A stretch of DNA of 64,000 bases, taken from positions 32,001 to 96,000 of the forward strand of contig JAWXAQ010000027.1 in NCBI GenBank assembly GCA_034439575.1. The letters are read 5' to 3'. Source of the stretch: Leptospira sp. GTDB taxonomy: Bacteria; Spirochaetota; Leptospiria; Leptospirales; Leptospiraceae. The notes under the pieces were generated by a model. That model did not search any database and was not told the DNA's origin. It saw nothing but the letters and a program-made list of their open reading frames with translations. Within the stretch, counting starts at the first letter, position 1, and each line of letters opens with the position of its first letter. The translations under genes and the position numbers were made by a program. Positions 49,498 to 59,554 of this stretch are shown piece by piece.

Positions 49498-50355
49498 ATG
49501 AATTCAAAATCAATTTTAGAAGGGATTATTCTTTCCCTACCAGAAATTTCAAAATCCCATAGAAGAAGTTCCGAAACATATCAGTTATATGACATTATAT
49601 TAAAGGAAGAAGTTAAGAAATTATTTTCTGACGATTCAATTCAACCAAAAAGTTTTTTACCTTTTGGTGAACTTATTTTTCCTTATTTCAAAATGGGGGC
49701 TATTGATTCATTAGATCTTTTTGGTTTAGATGAATTGATAATTTTTAGTTATTACTGGAAGAACAAAGATAAATATAAGAACGTTGCAGACATTGGGGCA
49801 AATATCGGTCTTCATTCGATTATTCTTAGTAAATGTGGATTCAATGTTAGGTCCTTTGAACCGGATCCTATACATTATGATAAAATTCAAAATAATTTAA
49901 TGTTAAACAAGTGTGCGGGTGTTGAAGTGTTTCAAAAGGCGATATCCAAAGTAGCTGGCACTGCAGAATTTGTAAGAGTCAAAGGAAATACAACTGGTAG
50001 TCATCTTGCTGGCTCTAAATCAAATACATATGGTGAATTAGATAAGTTTACCGTTGATATAGAGCCATTTCGTCCAGTAATACAATGGGCCGACTTAGTT
50101 AAGTTAGACGCAGAAGGACATGAAAAAGAAATATTGCTGTCGACGGAAGCATCAGATTGGGAAAATACCGATGTTATGGTTGAAATAGGTAGTATAGAAA
50201 ATGCTACAGCTATTTTTGAACATTGTAAAAAATTTGAAGTTAATATCTTTATTCAAAAACATAATTGGGAAAAGGCAACTACTGCCTCTGAATTACCAAT
50301 TAGTCATCGGGAAGGATCTGCCTTCCTTTCTAAAAAGAATATAATGCCTTGGTAA
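49498..50355 (+). CDS. FkbM family methyltransferase
   Basis: DIGANIGLHS, FEPDP, KLDAEGHE. Confidence 0.88.
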   Translation: MNSKSILEGIILSLPEISKSHRRSSETYQLYDIILKEEVKKLFSDDSIQPKSFLPFGELIFPYFKMGAIDSLDLFGLDELIIFSYYWKNKDKYKNVADIGANIGLHSIILSKCGFNVRSFEPDPIHYDKIQNNLMLNKCAGVEVFQKAISKVAGTAEFVRVKGNTTGSHLAGSKSNTYGELDKFTVDIEPFRPVIQWADLVKLDAEGHEKEILLSTEASDWENTDVMVEIGSIENATAIFEHCKKFEVNIFIQKHNWEKATTASELPISHREGSAFLSKKNIMPW

Positions 50356-50356
50356 A

Positions 50357-50881
50357 TTGATTTCGATGATTGAATTTTTTGTAGGTATATACTTCTTTTT
50401 ATTATTTTTCATTCTTCATATATTTCTTTGGAGAACAAATATAATACAAAAGAAGCCATCCAATATTCTATTCATTTATATCATTTCATTTGTAATAGCC
50501 GTTGTTACATTTCATTTCTTAATTTATCCATCTTTGGATTTAAATTTTTCTGAAATTTTCATAGTATTACATGCAACTTTATTATCCTTCTCCCTTTTTT
50601 GTGCTTATTTGATGACTTACCCCGGGATCGAATCAGATAGCCCATCTTGTACGATTTTATTAAATATCGAAAAGAATAATAAACAAGGAACCAAGTTTAG
50701 TCAAATTGCAGAAGTGATTACTGATGATATAATGACTTTAGAAAGAATTAATGGATTAGTTAGAGATCAAAAACTATTGTTTGTTAACGGGAAGTATAAA
50801 TTAACTCAATCTGGAAAAAGATTTTTGAATCTATTTGTTTTGATTCGTAAAATTTATACAGATGAACCATTTAAAGGATAA
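50357..50881 (+). CDS. Small membrane protein (about 3 TM plus soluble C-terminal domain)
   Basis: Hydrophobic N-terminal half; similar to the next ORF. Confidence 0.65.
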   Translation: MISMIEFFVGIYFFLLFFILHIFLWRTNIIQKKPSNILFIYIISFVIAVVTFHFLIYPSLDLNFSEIFIVLHATLLSFSLFCAYLMTYPGIESDSPSCTILLNIEKNNKQGTKFSQIAEVITDDIMTLERINGLVRDQKLLFVNGKYKLTQSGKRFLNLFVLIRKIYTDEPFKG

Positions 50882-50882
50882 T

Positions 50883-51410
50883 ATGAAAACTGAAATTCTT
50901 GAACTATGTTTTCCTATTCTTGCTTTGATTTTAATGGGTTTACTACAAATAATACTGCATCGGATTTTCAGAGTAGGATCAATCATTACTAGTTTTCTCG
51001 CAAGTTTTATGATAAATTTTGTTGTTTTAGCAATAGCGCAAAGTGTATACTTTCATTATTCCGATTTAAATTGTTTAGATTCTTTCTTTAGACAATTCAC
51101 AAATCTTCTCATTTATTTTTGTATCGCGTTTTGTTTTATTAATCTCCTGAATATCGGTGAAGCTTCGCTTAGAGTTAAAATCTTATATAATATGAGTCTT
51201 ATTCCTGAAGGAATGCCAAGTTCAGAAATTTTGAAAACATACAGCGCCGATGAGATTATAAAATTGCGATTGGAAAGATTATTAGCTAACGGGCAAGTGA
51301 TTCAAAAAGATGAGTTTTTCTTTTTGGGAAAAAATAGGCAGCTATTATTAGCTAAGTTTTTTCTTTTTTGGAGAAAACTTATTTTTGGTAATAAGTATCC
51401 TAAATATTAG
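50883..51410 (+). CDS. Small membrane protein, apparent paralog of the upstream ORF
   Basis: About 3 TM then EASLRVKIL...RLERL. Start placed at ATG 50883. Confidence 0.65.
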   Translation: MKTEILELCFPILALILMGLLQIILHRIFRVGSIITSFLASFMINFVVLAIAQSVYFHYSDLNCLDSFFRQFTNLLIYFCIAFCFINLLNIGEASLRVKILYNMSLIPEGMPSSEILKTYSADEIIKLRLERLLANGQVIQKDEFFFLGKNRQLLLAKFFLFWRKLIFGNKYPKY

Positions 51411-51424
51411 AATTAATTAAAGTT

Positions 51425-52402
51425 ATGTTAATAAAATTTTTCTTTAGTCTAGTTATTGCTCTTATTCTGGGTTTCGTCACTTTAAGAGATATAGATTTCA
51501 ATAGTGTATATAATATTCAAGAACAGGTAAATTGGGTATATGTAATTTATGCGATAGGTGTTATGTTATTTATTTCTATTCTAAGAAGTATTAGATTGAA
51601 AATTATGCTAAAAAAAATTGCAGACATAACTATATTTGAGACATTTAAAATTAATTCTGTCGGATATTTTTTTATAATGATATTGCCTTTTCGAATTGGT
51701 GAATTGGCAATCCCGATCTTAATCCGAAATACATATAAAGTTCCTATGGGATCTATTTTGTCTATTGTTATGATCGAACGAGTAGTGGATCTTTTTGTTC
51801 TTTTGATAATTTTGTTTTCTGTAATATACGTTAGTTTATTACCTCCTTGGCTAATTCAGTCTGCATATTTTTTATCGATAATGTTGATTGTCTTTTCTTT
51901 TTCAGTTTTCTTTTTATTGAAAAAAACTGATTTAGTTATGAAACTTCTGAATCCAATTTTTAAATTCCTTCCGAAAGTAGTTTTAGAAAAACAAACAAAT
52001 CTTCTAAATGGTATTAAATTAGGCTTAGCTTCAATTAATACAAAAACCCAATTTTTTTATATTATTTTAATTGCAATAATTGTTTGGATGCTTTCTGCAG
52101 CTTCCATCCTTCTTTTGTTTTGGGGTATGCGAATAAATTTGGGAATTCTTGAAGCACTAACAGTTATGTTAATCAATGTCTTTGGGATTAGTATGCCCGC
52201 TGGACCTGGTCTTATTGGAAATTTTCAGTATTCATGTATCATCGCTTTATCTATATTTTCTATAGATAAAAACGTAGCCTTTAGTTTTTCGATGTTATAT
52301 TATATTTCAGTTTTAGTTTTAACTTTGTTTTTTGGAATTTTGTCTATATATTTACTAAGGGTAAAAAGTAAAGATTTGAAACAAATGATTGAATCAAAAT
52401 GA
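51425..52402 (+). CDS. Lysylphosphatidylglycerol synthase TM-domain / UPF0104 flippase-like protein
   Basis: LRSIR, ILPFRIGE, ERVVD, PAGPGLIG motifs; multi-TM. Confidence 0.8.
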   Translation: MLIKFFFSLVIALILGFVTLRDIDFNSVYNIQEQVNWVYVIYAIGVMLFISILRSIRLKIMLKKIADITIFETFKINSVGYFFIMILPFRIGELAIPILIRNTYKVPMGSILSIVMIERVVDLFVLLIILFSVIYVSLLPPWLIQSAYFLSIMLIVFSFSVFFLLKKTDLVMKLLNPIFKFLPKVVLEKQTNLLNGIKLGLASINTKTQFFYIILIAIIVWMLSAASILLLFWGMRINLGILEALTVMLINVFGISMPAGPGLIGNFQYSCIIALSIFSIDKNVAFSFSMLYYISVLVLTLFFGILSIYLLRVKSKDLKQMIESK

Positions 52403-53442
52403 AAGCCGCTGTATTATTTAATATTGGAAAACCACTTGAAATATGTGAACTAACATTACCTGAATTGTTGGAGGGACAAATTCTTGTTAAACTAGCATAC
52501 AGTGGAGTTTGTCATAGTCAACTAATGGAAGTTTCTGGTGGACGAGGTGAAGACAAATATTTGCCACATCTTCTAGGTCATGAAGGATCTGGTGTTGTTG
52601 TTTCCATTGGACCTTCAGTGAAAAAATTGAGAGTAGGGGACCCTGTTATTCTTGGTTGGATTAAAGGAACAGGAATAGATGCTATTGGGGCAAAGTATAA
52701 ATATAAAGATTTGATAATAAACTCGGGTGGAGTAACAACATTTAGTGAATATTCGGTAGTATCTGAAAATAGATGTACTCTTTTACCAAAAGGTTTGCCA
52801 CTAGACATTGCTGTACTCTTTGGTTGTGCAATTCCAACTGGTTCGGGCATAATCAAAAATGCATTAAATCCAGCACCAAATAGTACCATCGCAATCTTTG
52901 GGTTAGGTGGAATCGGTTTGAGTGCTTTGATTCTTTGTAAATTATACAATCCATCAAGTCTTATTGCTATAGATATTGAAAAAAGTAAGTTGGAAATGGC
53001 AAAAAAATTAGGCGCAACAAATTTGATCAATGCTTCCGTTGAAGATCCCATAAAGGCCATCATGAATATCACTGATGGAAAGGGAGTAGATTATGCAATG
53101 GAAGCAGCTGGATTAAGCAGCACGATTGAGCAGGCTTTTGATTCTGTAAGAAGAAAAGGAGGACTACTCGTATTTGCTTCGCACCCTAAACAGGGAGATA
53201 AAATAAAAATTGATCCATTTGAATTGATCAATGGTAAAAATATTCGTGGAAGTTGGGGTGGTGAATCTAACCCAGATATTGATATTCCATATTATGCAAA
53301 TTTATACACGGAAGGTAAGTTACCTTTAGACCTTTTGATTACAAAAAAATATAAGTTAAATGAAATTAATGAAGCCCTTTTTGATTTAAAAAATCATAAA
53401 GTCCATAGACCAATACTAGAAATTGATTCATCCTTAAACTGA
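52399..53442 (+). CDS. Zn-dependent alcohol dehydrogenase (MDR family)
   Basis: GVCHSQ, GHEGSG, GCAIPTG, GLGGIG; lacks the structural-Zn Cys loop. Confidence 0.9.
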   Translation: MKAAVLFNIGKPLEICELTLPELLEGQILVKLAYSGVCHSQLMEVSGGRGEDKYLPHLLGHEGSGVVVSIGPSVKKLRVGDPVILGWIKGTGIDAIGAKYKYKDLIINSGGVTTFSEYSVVSENRCTLLPKGLPLDIAVLFGCAIPTGSGIIKNALNPAPNSTIAIFGLGGIGLSALILCKLYNPSSLIAIDIEKSKLEMAKKLGATNLINASVEDPIKAIMNITDGKGVDYAMEAAGLSSTIEQAFDSVRRKGGLLVFASHPKQGDKIKIDPFELINGKNIRGSWGGESNPDIDIPYYANLYTEGKLPLDLLITKKYKLNEINEALFDLKNHKVHRPILEIDSSLN

Positions 53443-53488
53443 TTCTTCTATAATAATAATAACACTTTTCCTATTTAAATAAACTATA

Positions 53489-54967
53489 ATGTCCCAACAT
53501 ACTCACGACATAAAACAAATATCAGAACTTGCTAAAGAAAGTCAAAAAGTCATTTTTGTGACAGGGATTTTTAACATTGTTCATCCAGGACATCTTCGTT
53601 TGCTAAAATTTGCCAAAGAGTGCGGAGATATATTAGTTGTCGGTGTGATAAAGACTGGAATGTCTCAGGAGATTATTGAATCACAATATAGACTGGAAGG
53701 AATCCAATCCATTGGATTTGTTGATTATGCTTTTATTTTAAATGAACCGATAGAAGACTTTATAGTTCAATTAAAACCATATGCTATCGTCAAAGGAAAA
53801 GAACACGAGTTAAACTATAATCCTGAAATTTCTATCCTCGAAAGTTATGGAGGAAAACTAATTTTTGGATCAGGAGATATTATTTTCTCCTCTTCCGATC
53901 TCCTCTCAAAAGAATTTAATGAGTTAAATTTTTCCACAATCAAGAAGCCAAAGGATTTTCCAATACGCCATAATTTCACAATGGAAAGCATAAAGGAAAT
54001 TTTGGACTCTTTCAAAAGATTGAAAGTTTGTGTCATTGGCGATACCATTGTTGATGAATATATAAATTGCAACGCTCTTGGTATGTCTCAAGAGGACCCA
54101 ACAATAGTTGTAACACCCATTAAGTCGGATATGTATGTCGGCGGAGCTGCCATCGTCGCCGCACATGCGAAGAGTTTAGGTGCCAATGTAACTTTTTTTT
54201 CCCTCGCGGGCGAAGATGCTGCCTATAAATTTGTGTCTGGAAGATTGGATGATATGGGCATTCAAGCTTACTTTTTTCTAGATGAAAGCCGTCCTACGAC
54301 ATTAAAACAAAGATACCGAGCAGAATCAAAAACACTTTTAAGGGTCAGTCATTTAAGACAACATGAGATGTCTACCGAATTGATTGATAAAATGTTTAAT
54401 CAATTTAAACAATTAGCAAACAACTTTGATTTATTAATTTTTTCTGATTTTAATTACGGATGTTTACCTCAGTCACTTGTGGAAAAGATTTCAGAGTTAT
54501 GCAAAAAAAATGGGGTTATGATGGTAGCCGATAGCCAATCATCTTCCCAAATAGGTGATGTGTCTCGTTTCAAAGGAATGCAATTTTTAACCCCGACCGA
54601 AAGAGAAGCTCGCCTCGCGACACGAGAATTTGGTATGGGTCTCGTAGTGTTAGCTGAAGAACTTCGTGTCAAAGCAAATGCTAAAAATATATTCATCACC
54701 CTGGGATCTGATGGCTTACTCATTCATGCAGAATTATCCTCTAAAAACCAGTGGTTAACAGATAGACTTCCTGCTTTCAATACAGCACCAAAAGACACAG
54801 CAGGTTCAGGTGACTCGTTTTTAACAGCGGCATCCATGTCTAGTGCCGTTGGGGGAAATATCTGGCAAAGTGCCTATATAGGTTCGCTAGCTGCTGCATG
54901 TCAAGTAGGTAGGGTTGGAAATATTCCTCTTCGTCCAGAAGAAATACTGAAAGAAATCGAGATTTGA
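53489..54967 (+). CDS. Bifunctional cytidylyltransferase-like / PfkB kinase (HldE-like, reversed domain order)
   Basis: N-terminal GIFNIVHPGH (HxGH) and VKGKE; C-terminal GD.I.DEY, GGAA.VA, TTLKQR, SDFNYG, DTAGSGDS. Confidence 0.85.
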   Translation: MSQHTHDIKQISELAKESQKVIFVTGIFNIVHPGHLRLLKFAKECGDILVVGVIKTGMSQEIIESQYRLEGIQSIGFVDYAFILNEPIEDFIVQLKPYAIVKGKEHELNYNPEISILESYGGKLIFGSGDIIFSSSDLLSKEFNELNFSTIKKPKDFPIRHNFTMESIKEILDSFKRLKVCVIGDTIVDEYINCNALGMSQEDPTIVVTPIKSDMYVGGAAIVAAHAKSLGANVTFFSLAGEDAAYKFVSGRLDDMGIQAYFFLDESRPTTLKQRYRAESKTLLRVSHLRQHEMSTELIDKMFNQFKQLANNFDLLIFSDFNYGCLPQSLVEKISELCKKNGVMMVADSQSSSQIGDVSRFKGMQFLTPTEREARLATREFGMGLVVLAEELRVKANAKNIFITLGSDGLLIHAELSSKNQWLTDRLPAFNTAPKDTAGSGDSFLTAASMSSAVGGNIWQSAYIGSLAAACQVGRVGNIPLRPEEILKEIEI

Positions 54968-55097
54968 GTTCAGCATTCTAATAATTAGGATCAAATATTC
55001 TACAAATTTTATTACTTTACCAGCGCAATTATTAATTTACCCTAGATTTGCGTTAGAATAAGTTTAATTTGTAGGCTAAAAGCGACAGGAGTTGTTT

Positions 55098-57152
55098 TTG
55101 AAAAAAGAAAAAGTATACCTAGCTGACCTAACTCATACAGGACAAGTCGTTGCTTCAAATATAGCTCCACTCGGCATTGGATTGATAGCATCTTATGCTA
55201 AAATTCAAAAACCAGATTTAGCTGACTTTAGTCTTTATAAATATCCTGAAGATTTTAATCAAGCACTCGAAACTGAGATTCCCAAAGTCGTAGGATTTGC
55301 GAATTATTCTTGGAACTGTGAACTGGCGTATAAGTTTACCGAAAAAATAAAAGCAAAATCTCCTTCAACGGTCGTTGTGTTTGGTGGTCCAAATTATGGA
55401 TTGGAAACTGAAGAAATAGAAACTTTTTGGGAAAATTATCCACTCATAGATTTCTATGTTGTTAAAGAAGGTGAAGTTGCTTTCTTACAATTATTGGAAA
55501 AACTAATAGATAATGATTTTAACGTTGAAAAAGTTAAACGAGCTGCAGAACCACCTTTAAACTGTACTTTTAGGTTAGATGGAAAGCTTGTGAATACTGA
55601 TTTATTGCCTCGAATTAACAATTTGGATGAATTAGGCTCTCCTTATTTGTCTGGACTCATGGATAAATTTTTCGATGGCGTTCTCATTCCGATGATTCAC
55701 ACAACACGTGGTTGCCCATTTACCTGTGCATTTTGTACTGAAGGTGCGAAATACTATTCGAAAGTTACGCAGAGGATTGATTTACGTGAGGAACTCGAAT
55801 ACATTGCTGAAAGAAGAAAAACAATCCAAGATCTGACAATCACAGATGCAAATTTTGGAATGTGGTCGCAAGACATAGATAAAGCGACCATATTAGCAGA
55901 AATTCAAAAGAAATATGAATGGCCTAAACGCATTTTAGTATCCACAGGTAAAAATCAAAAAGAACGAGTTGTCGAAGTAGCAGGTATGTTAAATGGAGCG
56001 GTTCAAGTAGCGGCATCTTTACAATCTACAAATGAAGAAATTTTAAAAAATATAAAACGTTCTAATATTTCTCAAGACGCCTTGACTCAAATGGTAGAAC
56101 AAAGCGGGCAAGCAGAATCCAGCACTTATACGGAACTTATTCTTTGTTTACCTGGTGACACATTTGAGACTCATATTCAAAGTTTAAGGGATGTAGTAAA
56201 TAGCGGTATTGGTATAGTCCGAATGTACCAATTGATCTTATTACCACAGACAGAATTAAACACACCCGATACTCGTAGAAAATATGGAATGAAAACTAAA
56301 TTTCGAATCAATCCGAGATCATTCGGTATTTATCGAATGTTAGGTGAGAGTGTTCCTGCAATCGAGAGTGAAGAGATATGCATTCAAAATGATACCATGA
56401 GCTTTGAAACATATCTCGAATGTCGGGAGATGGACTTAACGATTGAAATGTTACACAACACTGGATTATTTCAAGAATTACAAGGATTGGTGAAACATTA
56501 TAATCTATCTTGGTTCGATTTCCTTTATTCATTTTATGAAGGACGTAGAAATTTTTCAGGAGAACTTACTCAGCTATTCAATAATTTTACTTCGGATACC
56601 AAAAGTAGACTTTGGGATAGCAAAGAAGATCTGATGCATCATGTTGAAGAAAATATGGAATCATATTTGAATGATCCATACGGAACAAATGAAATGGCTA
56701 CTTCAAAGGCACTTGCTTTTTTTCGAATTTCATCAGAATTGCATGATATCTTATTCAATCTTATGCGTGAAATTTTAATTAAACGTGACTTATTAAATGA
56801 AGTGAATGATCTATATTTAGAACAACTTAAGAAATTTAGTTTTTTACGTAAGAATGAATTATTGGATACTTCCTTGACTTTATCAGAAGATTTCGACTTT
56901 GATTTTGATTTGATTCGCAAAAAGAATTATCAGATTGAACCTGCAGATTATAAATTAACAGATAAAAAGACATTTAATTTCTTTCATTCCGTTGATCAAA
57001 TTCCACTTATCGATGGTTATATTACACAATATGGAAAATCTATCGATGGGCTAGGGCGAATATTAATGAGAGCACCTGTAAAATCTTTCTTTAGAGATAT
57101 CCAAACAGTAGCTACTAAATCTTCAGGTCTAACCATGGAAAGTTTTGGCTGA
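55098..57152 (+). CDS. Cobalamin-binding radical SAM protein
   Basis: PLGIG..ASY, YSWN, GGPN, EGE; TRGCPFTCAFC; DANFG; LPGDT. Start placed at the second TTG (55098), 6 nt after AGGAG. Confidence 0.87.
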   Translation: MKKEKVYLADLTHTGQVVASNIAPLGIGLIASYAKIQKPDLADFSLYKYPEDFNQALETEIPKVVGFANYSWNCELAYKFTEKIKAKSPSTVVVFGGPNYGLETEEIETFWENYPLIDFYVVKEGEVAFLQLLEKLIDNDFNVEKVKRAAEPPLNCTFRLDGKLVNTDLLPRINNLDELGSPYLSGLMDKFFDGVLIPMIHTTRGCPFTCAFCTEGAKYYSKVTQRIDLREELEYIAERRKTIQDLTITDANFGMWSQDIDKATILAEIQKKYEWPKRILVSTGKNQKERVVEVAGMLNGAVQVAASLQSTNEEILKNIKRSNISQDALTQMVEQSGQAESSTYTELILCLPGDTFETHIQSLRDVVNSGIGIVRMYQLILLPQTELNTPDTRRKYGMKTKFRINPRSFGIYRMLGESVPAIESEEICIQNDTMSFETYLECREMDLTIEMLHNTGLFQELQGLVKHYNLSWFDFLYSFYEGRRNFSGELTQLFNNFTSDTKSRLWDSKEDLMHHVEENMESYLNDPYGTNEMATSKALAFFRISSELHDILFNLMREILIKRDLLNEVNDLYLEQLKKFSFLRKNELLDTSLTLSEDFDFDFDLIRKKNYQIEPADYKLTDKKTFNFFHSVDQIPLIDGYITQYGKSIDGLGRILMRAPVKSFFRDIQTVATKSSGLTMESFG

Positions 57153-57188
57153 GTTCGATTAAATTTCATTTTCATTCAAAACTTCCAC

Positions 57189-57998
57189 ATGCATGATAAT
57201 GATAATTTAAAAGTCGCTAAAAAAAGGTTTTTGATAATTGGCTGTGCCCAAGGGCATGGTCAATTTATTGCAACCCGACTAATGCAGCAGGGTCATTCCC
57301 TTATCATGTTAGATGCAAAGGATGATATAATTAATTTAGGCGAAGAGTTTAAAAAAGAAAATCCAAACATATCAGCCCATATATTCAATGTTTTGAACTT
57401 TTCTGATTACGATAATTTCTTAAAAAAAGTGATCGGCTCCAACGGAATTGATGGAGTATTATACTTCCCTAGGTTTCGGGCAGAAGCGGATTTTATGAAA
57501 ATTACTCCCGAAGAATGGCAGTTAGATATTGATATTGGAGTGAAGGGAATATTTTTTCTATCTAGATCTTTAATACCATATTTGAACCCAAAGCTTTCTT
57601 CCATCATTTTATATTCGTCATTACTTTCCTCACTTGTCGGTAGCGAAAGTGTGAGTTACCATGTTTCAAAAGCAGGCTTAGAGCAACTTTGTCGGTACAT
57701 GGCAGTAAAATTTGCACCCATTAATATTCGTGTGAATACTATTAAAATCGGTATCTGTTTAAAAGATGGGGTATTGAATTCTGGTGTACTAAAATTACAG
57801 CCTCGTTGGGAAATATTTAAAAAGATTCAACCAAGTGGTCAGTTTAGTCATTCTGAAGATTTGTCAAACCTAACTAATTTCTTGTTAAGTGATTCTATAG
57901 CTAATATAACAGGACAGATTTTTACCTTAGATGGTGGTTTGTCTATACAAGAGCATTCATTTATGGCGACGTCTGCATTCTTAGAAAATGACAAATGA
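57189..57998 (+). CDS. SDR family oxidoreductase (atypical)
   Basis: GCAQGHG, YHVSKAG, IRVN, ITGQ...DGG; YFPR replaces the usual NNAG. Confidence 0.82.
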   Translation: MHDNDNLKVAKKRFLIIGCAQGHGQFIATRLMQQGHSLIMLDAKDDIINLGEEFKKENPNISAHIFNVLNFSDYDNFLKKVIGSNGIDGVLYFPRFRAEADFMKITPEEWQLDIDIGVKGIFFLSRSLIPYLNPKLSSIILYSSLLSSLVGSESVSYHVSKAGLEQLCRYMAVKFAPINIRVNTIKIGICLKDGVLNSGVLKLQPRWEIFKKIQPSGQFSHSEDLSNLTNFLLSDSIANITGQIFTLDGGLSIQEHSFMATSAFLENDK

Positions 57999-58791
57999 GT
58001 GTCTGCACAATCGAGTTGCAATTGTTACTGGGGCTTCCAAAGGAATAGGACTTGGAATTGCCAAAGAATTTGCGGAACAAGGTGCAAATTTAGTTCTATG
58101 TGCTAGAAATAAGACAGGATTAAAAAACATTCTCAATGATTTTGGTCCAAAACAATCTAGAGTTGAAACTATAGATGTTGATTTAAGTCAGAAAAATTCT
58201 GCAAAAAGTATTGTTGATTTTACTTTAGGAAAATTCGGTAAAATAGATATAATTGTCAATAATGTTGGTGGAATTACTCAAACAGGTCAATTTGAAGATC
58301 TTAATGATTCTGATTGGATAGATTCATTAGAGTTAAATTTATTATCATCTGTGCGACTCATTAGAGAAGCTATACCATTACTTAGAAAAAGTGATTATGG
58401 TAGAGTGATAAATATATCATCATTCGTAGCGAAAGAGCCAGGCAAATTCAATCCACATTATTCTGCATCAAAAGCAGGTTTGCTTAATTTGAGTAAATAT
58501 CTGTCAAATTATTTGGCAAATGATCATATAACAGTCAATACTATATCTCCTGGAAATATTGAGACAGAAGGATGGGAAGATTATATTGAAAACAAATCTT
58601 CTTCTGAGAATATCGATATAAATATTATTCGAGATCAAGAACAAAAAAGAGTCATTGCATCTATTCCACTCGGTAGACAAGGTAAAGTTGTGGAGATTGC
58701 TAGAATGGTTTCATTCTTGGCATCAGATAATGGAAGTTATATTACTGGAGCAAATATCGTCATTGATGGCGGAAAATTAAGAAGCTTATAA
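57988..58791 (+). CDS. SDR family oxidoreductase (FabG-like)
   Basis: TGASKGIG, VNNVG, YSASK, ISPG, YITG..I.IDGG. Confidence 0.9.
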   Translation: MTNECLHNRVAIVTGASKGIGLGIAKEFAEQGANLVLCARNKTGLKNILNDFGPKQSRVETIDVDLSQKNSAKSIVDFTLGKFGKIDIIVNNVGGITQTGQFEDLNDSDWIDSLELNLLSSVRLIREAIPLLRKSDYGRVINISSFVAKEPGKFNPHYSASKAGLLNLSKYLSNYLANDHITVNTISPGNIETEGWEDYIENKSSSENIDINIIRDQEQKRVIASIPLGRQGKVVEIARMVSFLASDNGSYITGANIVIDGGKLRSL

Positions 58792-58794
58792 ATT

Positions 58795-59529
58795 ATGAAA
58801 AAAACATTAACAATTGGAATTCCCGCATATAACGAAGAAAAAAATATTCGCGATACTTTCTTAACAATCACAAAAGCTCATAAAAAATTTAAAGATTTAA
58901 ATCTTGATATAATAATTATTAATGATGGGAGCAAAGATAGGACTGCAGAAATAGCTGACGAGATCGCATCCCTTAATAAGAATGTTTTAGTTATTCATAA
59001 TGAAATTAATGAAGGATTAGGCGTAGGATTTAGAAAAGCATTAGCTAGCGCTAAAGGAGATTACTTTCTATTTGTCCCTGGTGATAACGATTTACCTGTA
59101 GAGCTTCTAGTCTCTCTTTTTGCAGAAATTGGAAAAGCGGATATTATCATTTCTTATTTTCTTAATCGCGAGGTTAGGGGAAGAATTAGGAATACAATTT
59201 CGATTATCTATAACACAGTTTACATGGTTACTTTTGGTGTATTTGTTTTTTACATAAATGGTCCCGCAATTTATCATACTGAAAAATTAAAACAATTAAA
59301 CCTTAATGCGAATCGTTTTAGTATCATAGTAGAAGCAACGATTAAAATACTTTGTTCTGGAGCGACTTTTTTAGAAGTCCCAGGTAAACTTCAGACTGGA
59401 TCAAATGGAAGTACTGCAATGTCCTTTCGCAATTTACGTGAAGTGATTAAAGCTTTTTTTCTTTTGATTTGGGAAGTCAAATATAAGAATAAAAATAAAT
59501 ATTCGAATCCACCAGTTAGAAATTCATAA
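58795..59529 (+). CDS. Glycosyltransferase family 2, DPM1-like
   Basis: IPAYNEE, INDGSKD, NEGLG, PGDND; short single domain. Confidence 0.85.
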   Translation: MKKTLTIGIPAYNEEKNIRDTFLTITKAHKKFKDLNLDIIIINDGSKDRTAEIADEIASLNKNVLVIHNEINEGLGVGFRKALASAKGDYFLFVPGDNDLPVELLVSLFAEIGKADIIISYFLNREVRGRIRNTISIIYNTVYMVTFGVFVFYINGPAIYHTEKLKQLNLNANRFSIIVEATIKILCSGATFLEVPGKLQTGSNGSTAMSFRNLREVIKAFFLLIWEVKYKNKNKYSNPPVRNS

Positions 59530-59554
59530 AATTTATAACATAATATTTCTGATT

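Noticed and set aside
54968-55091. Cobalamin riboswitch
   Set aside because: The region is short and very AT-rich, with no recognisable B12-box or conserved core; reported only as a generic stem-loop.
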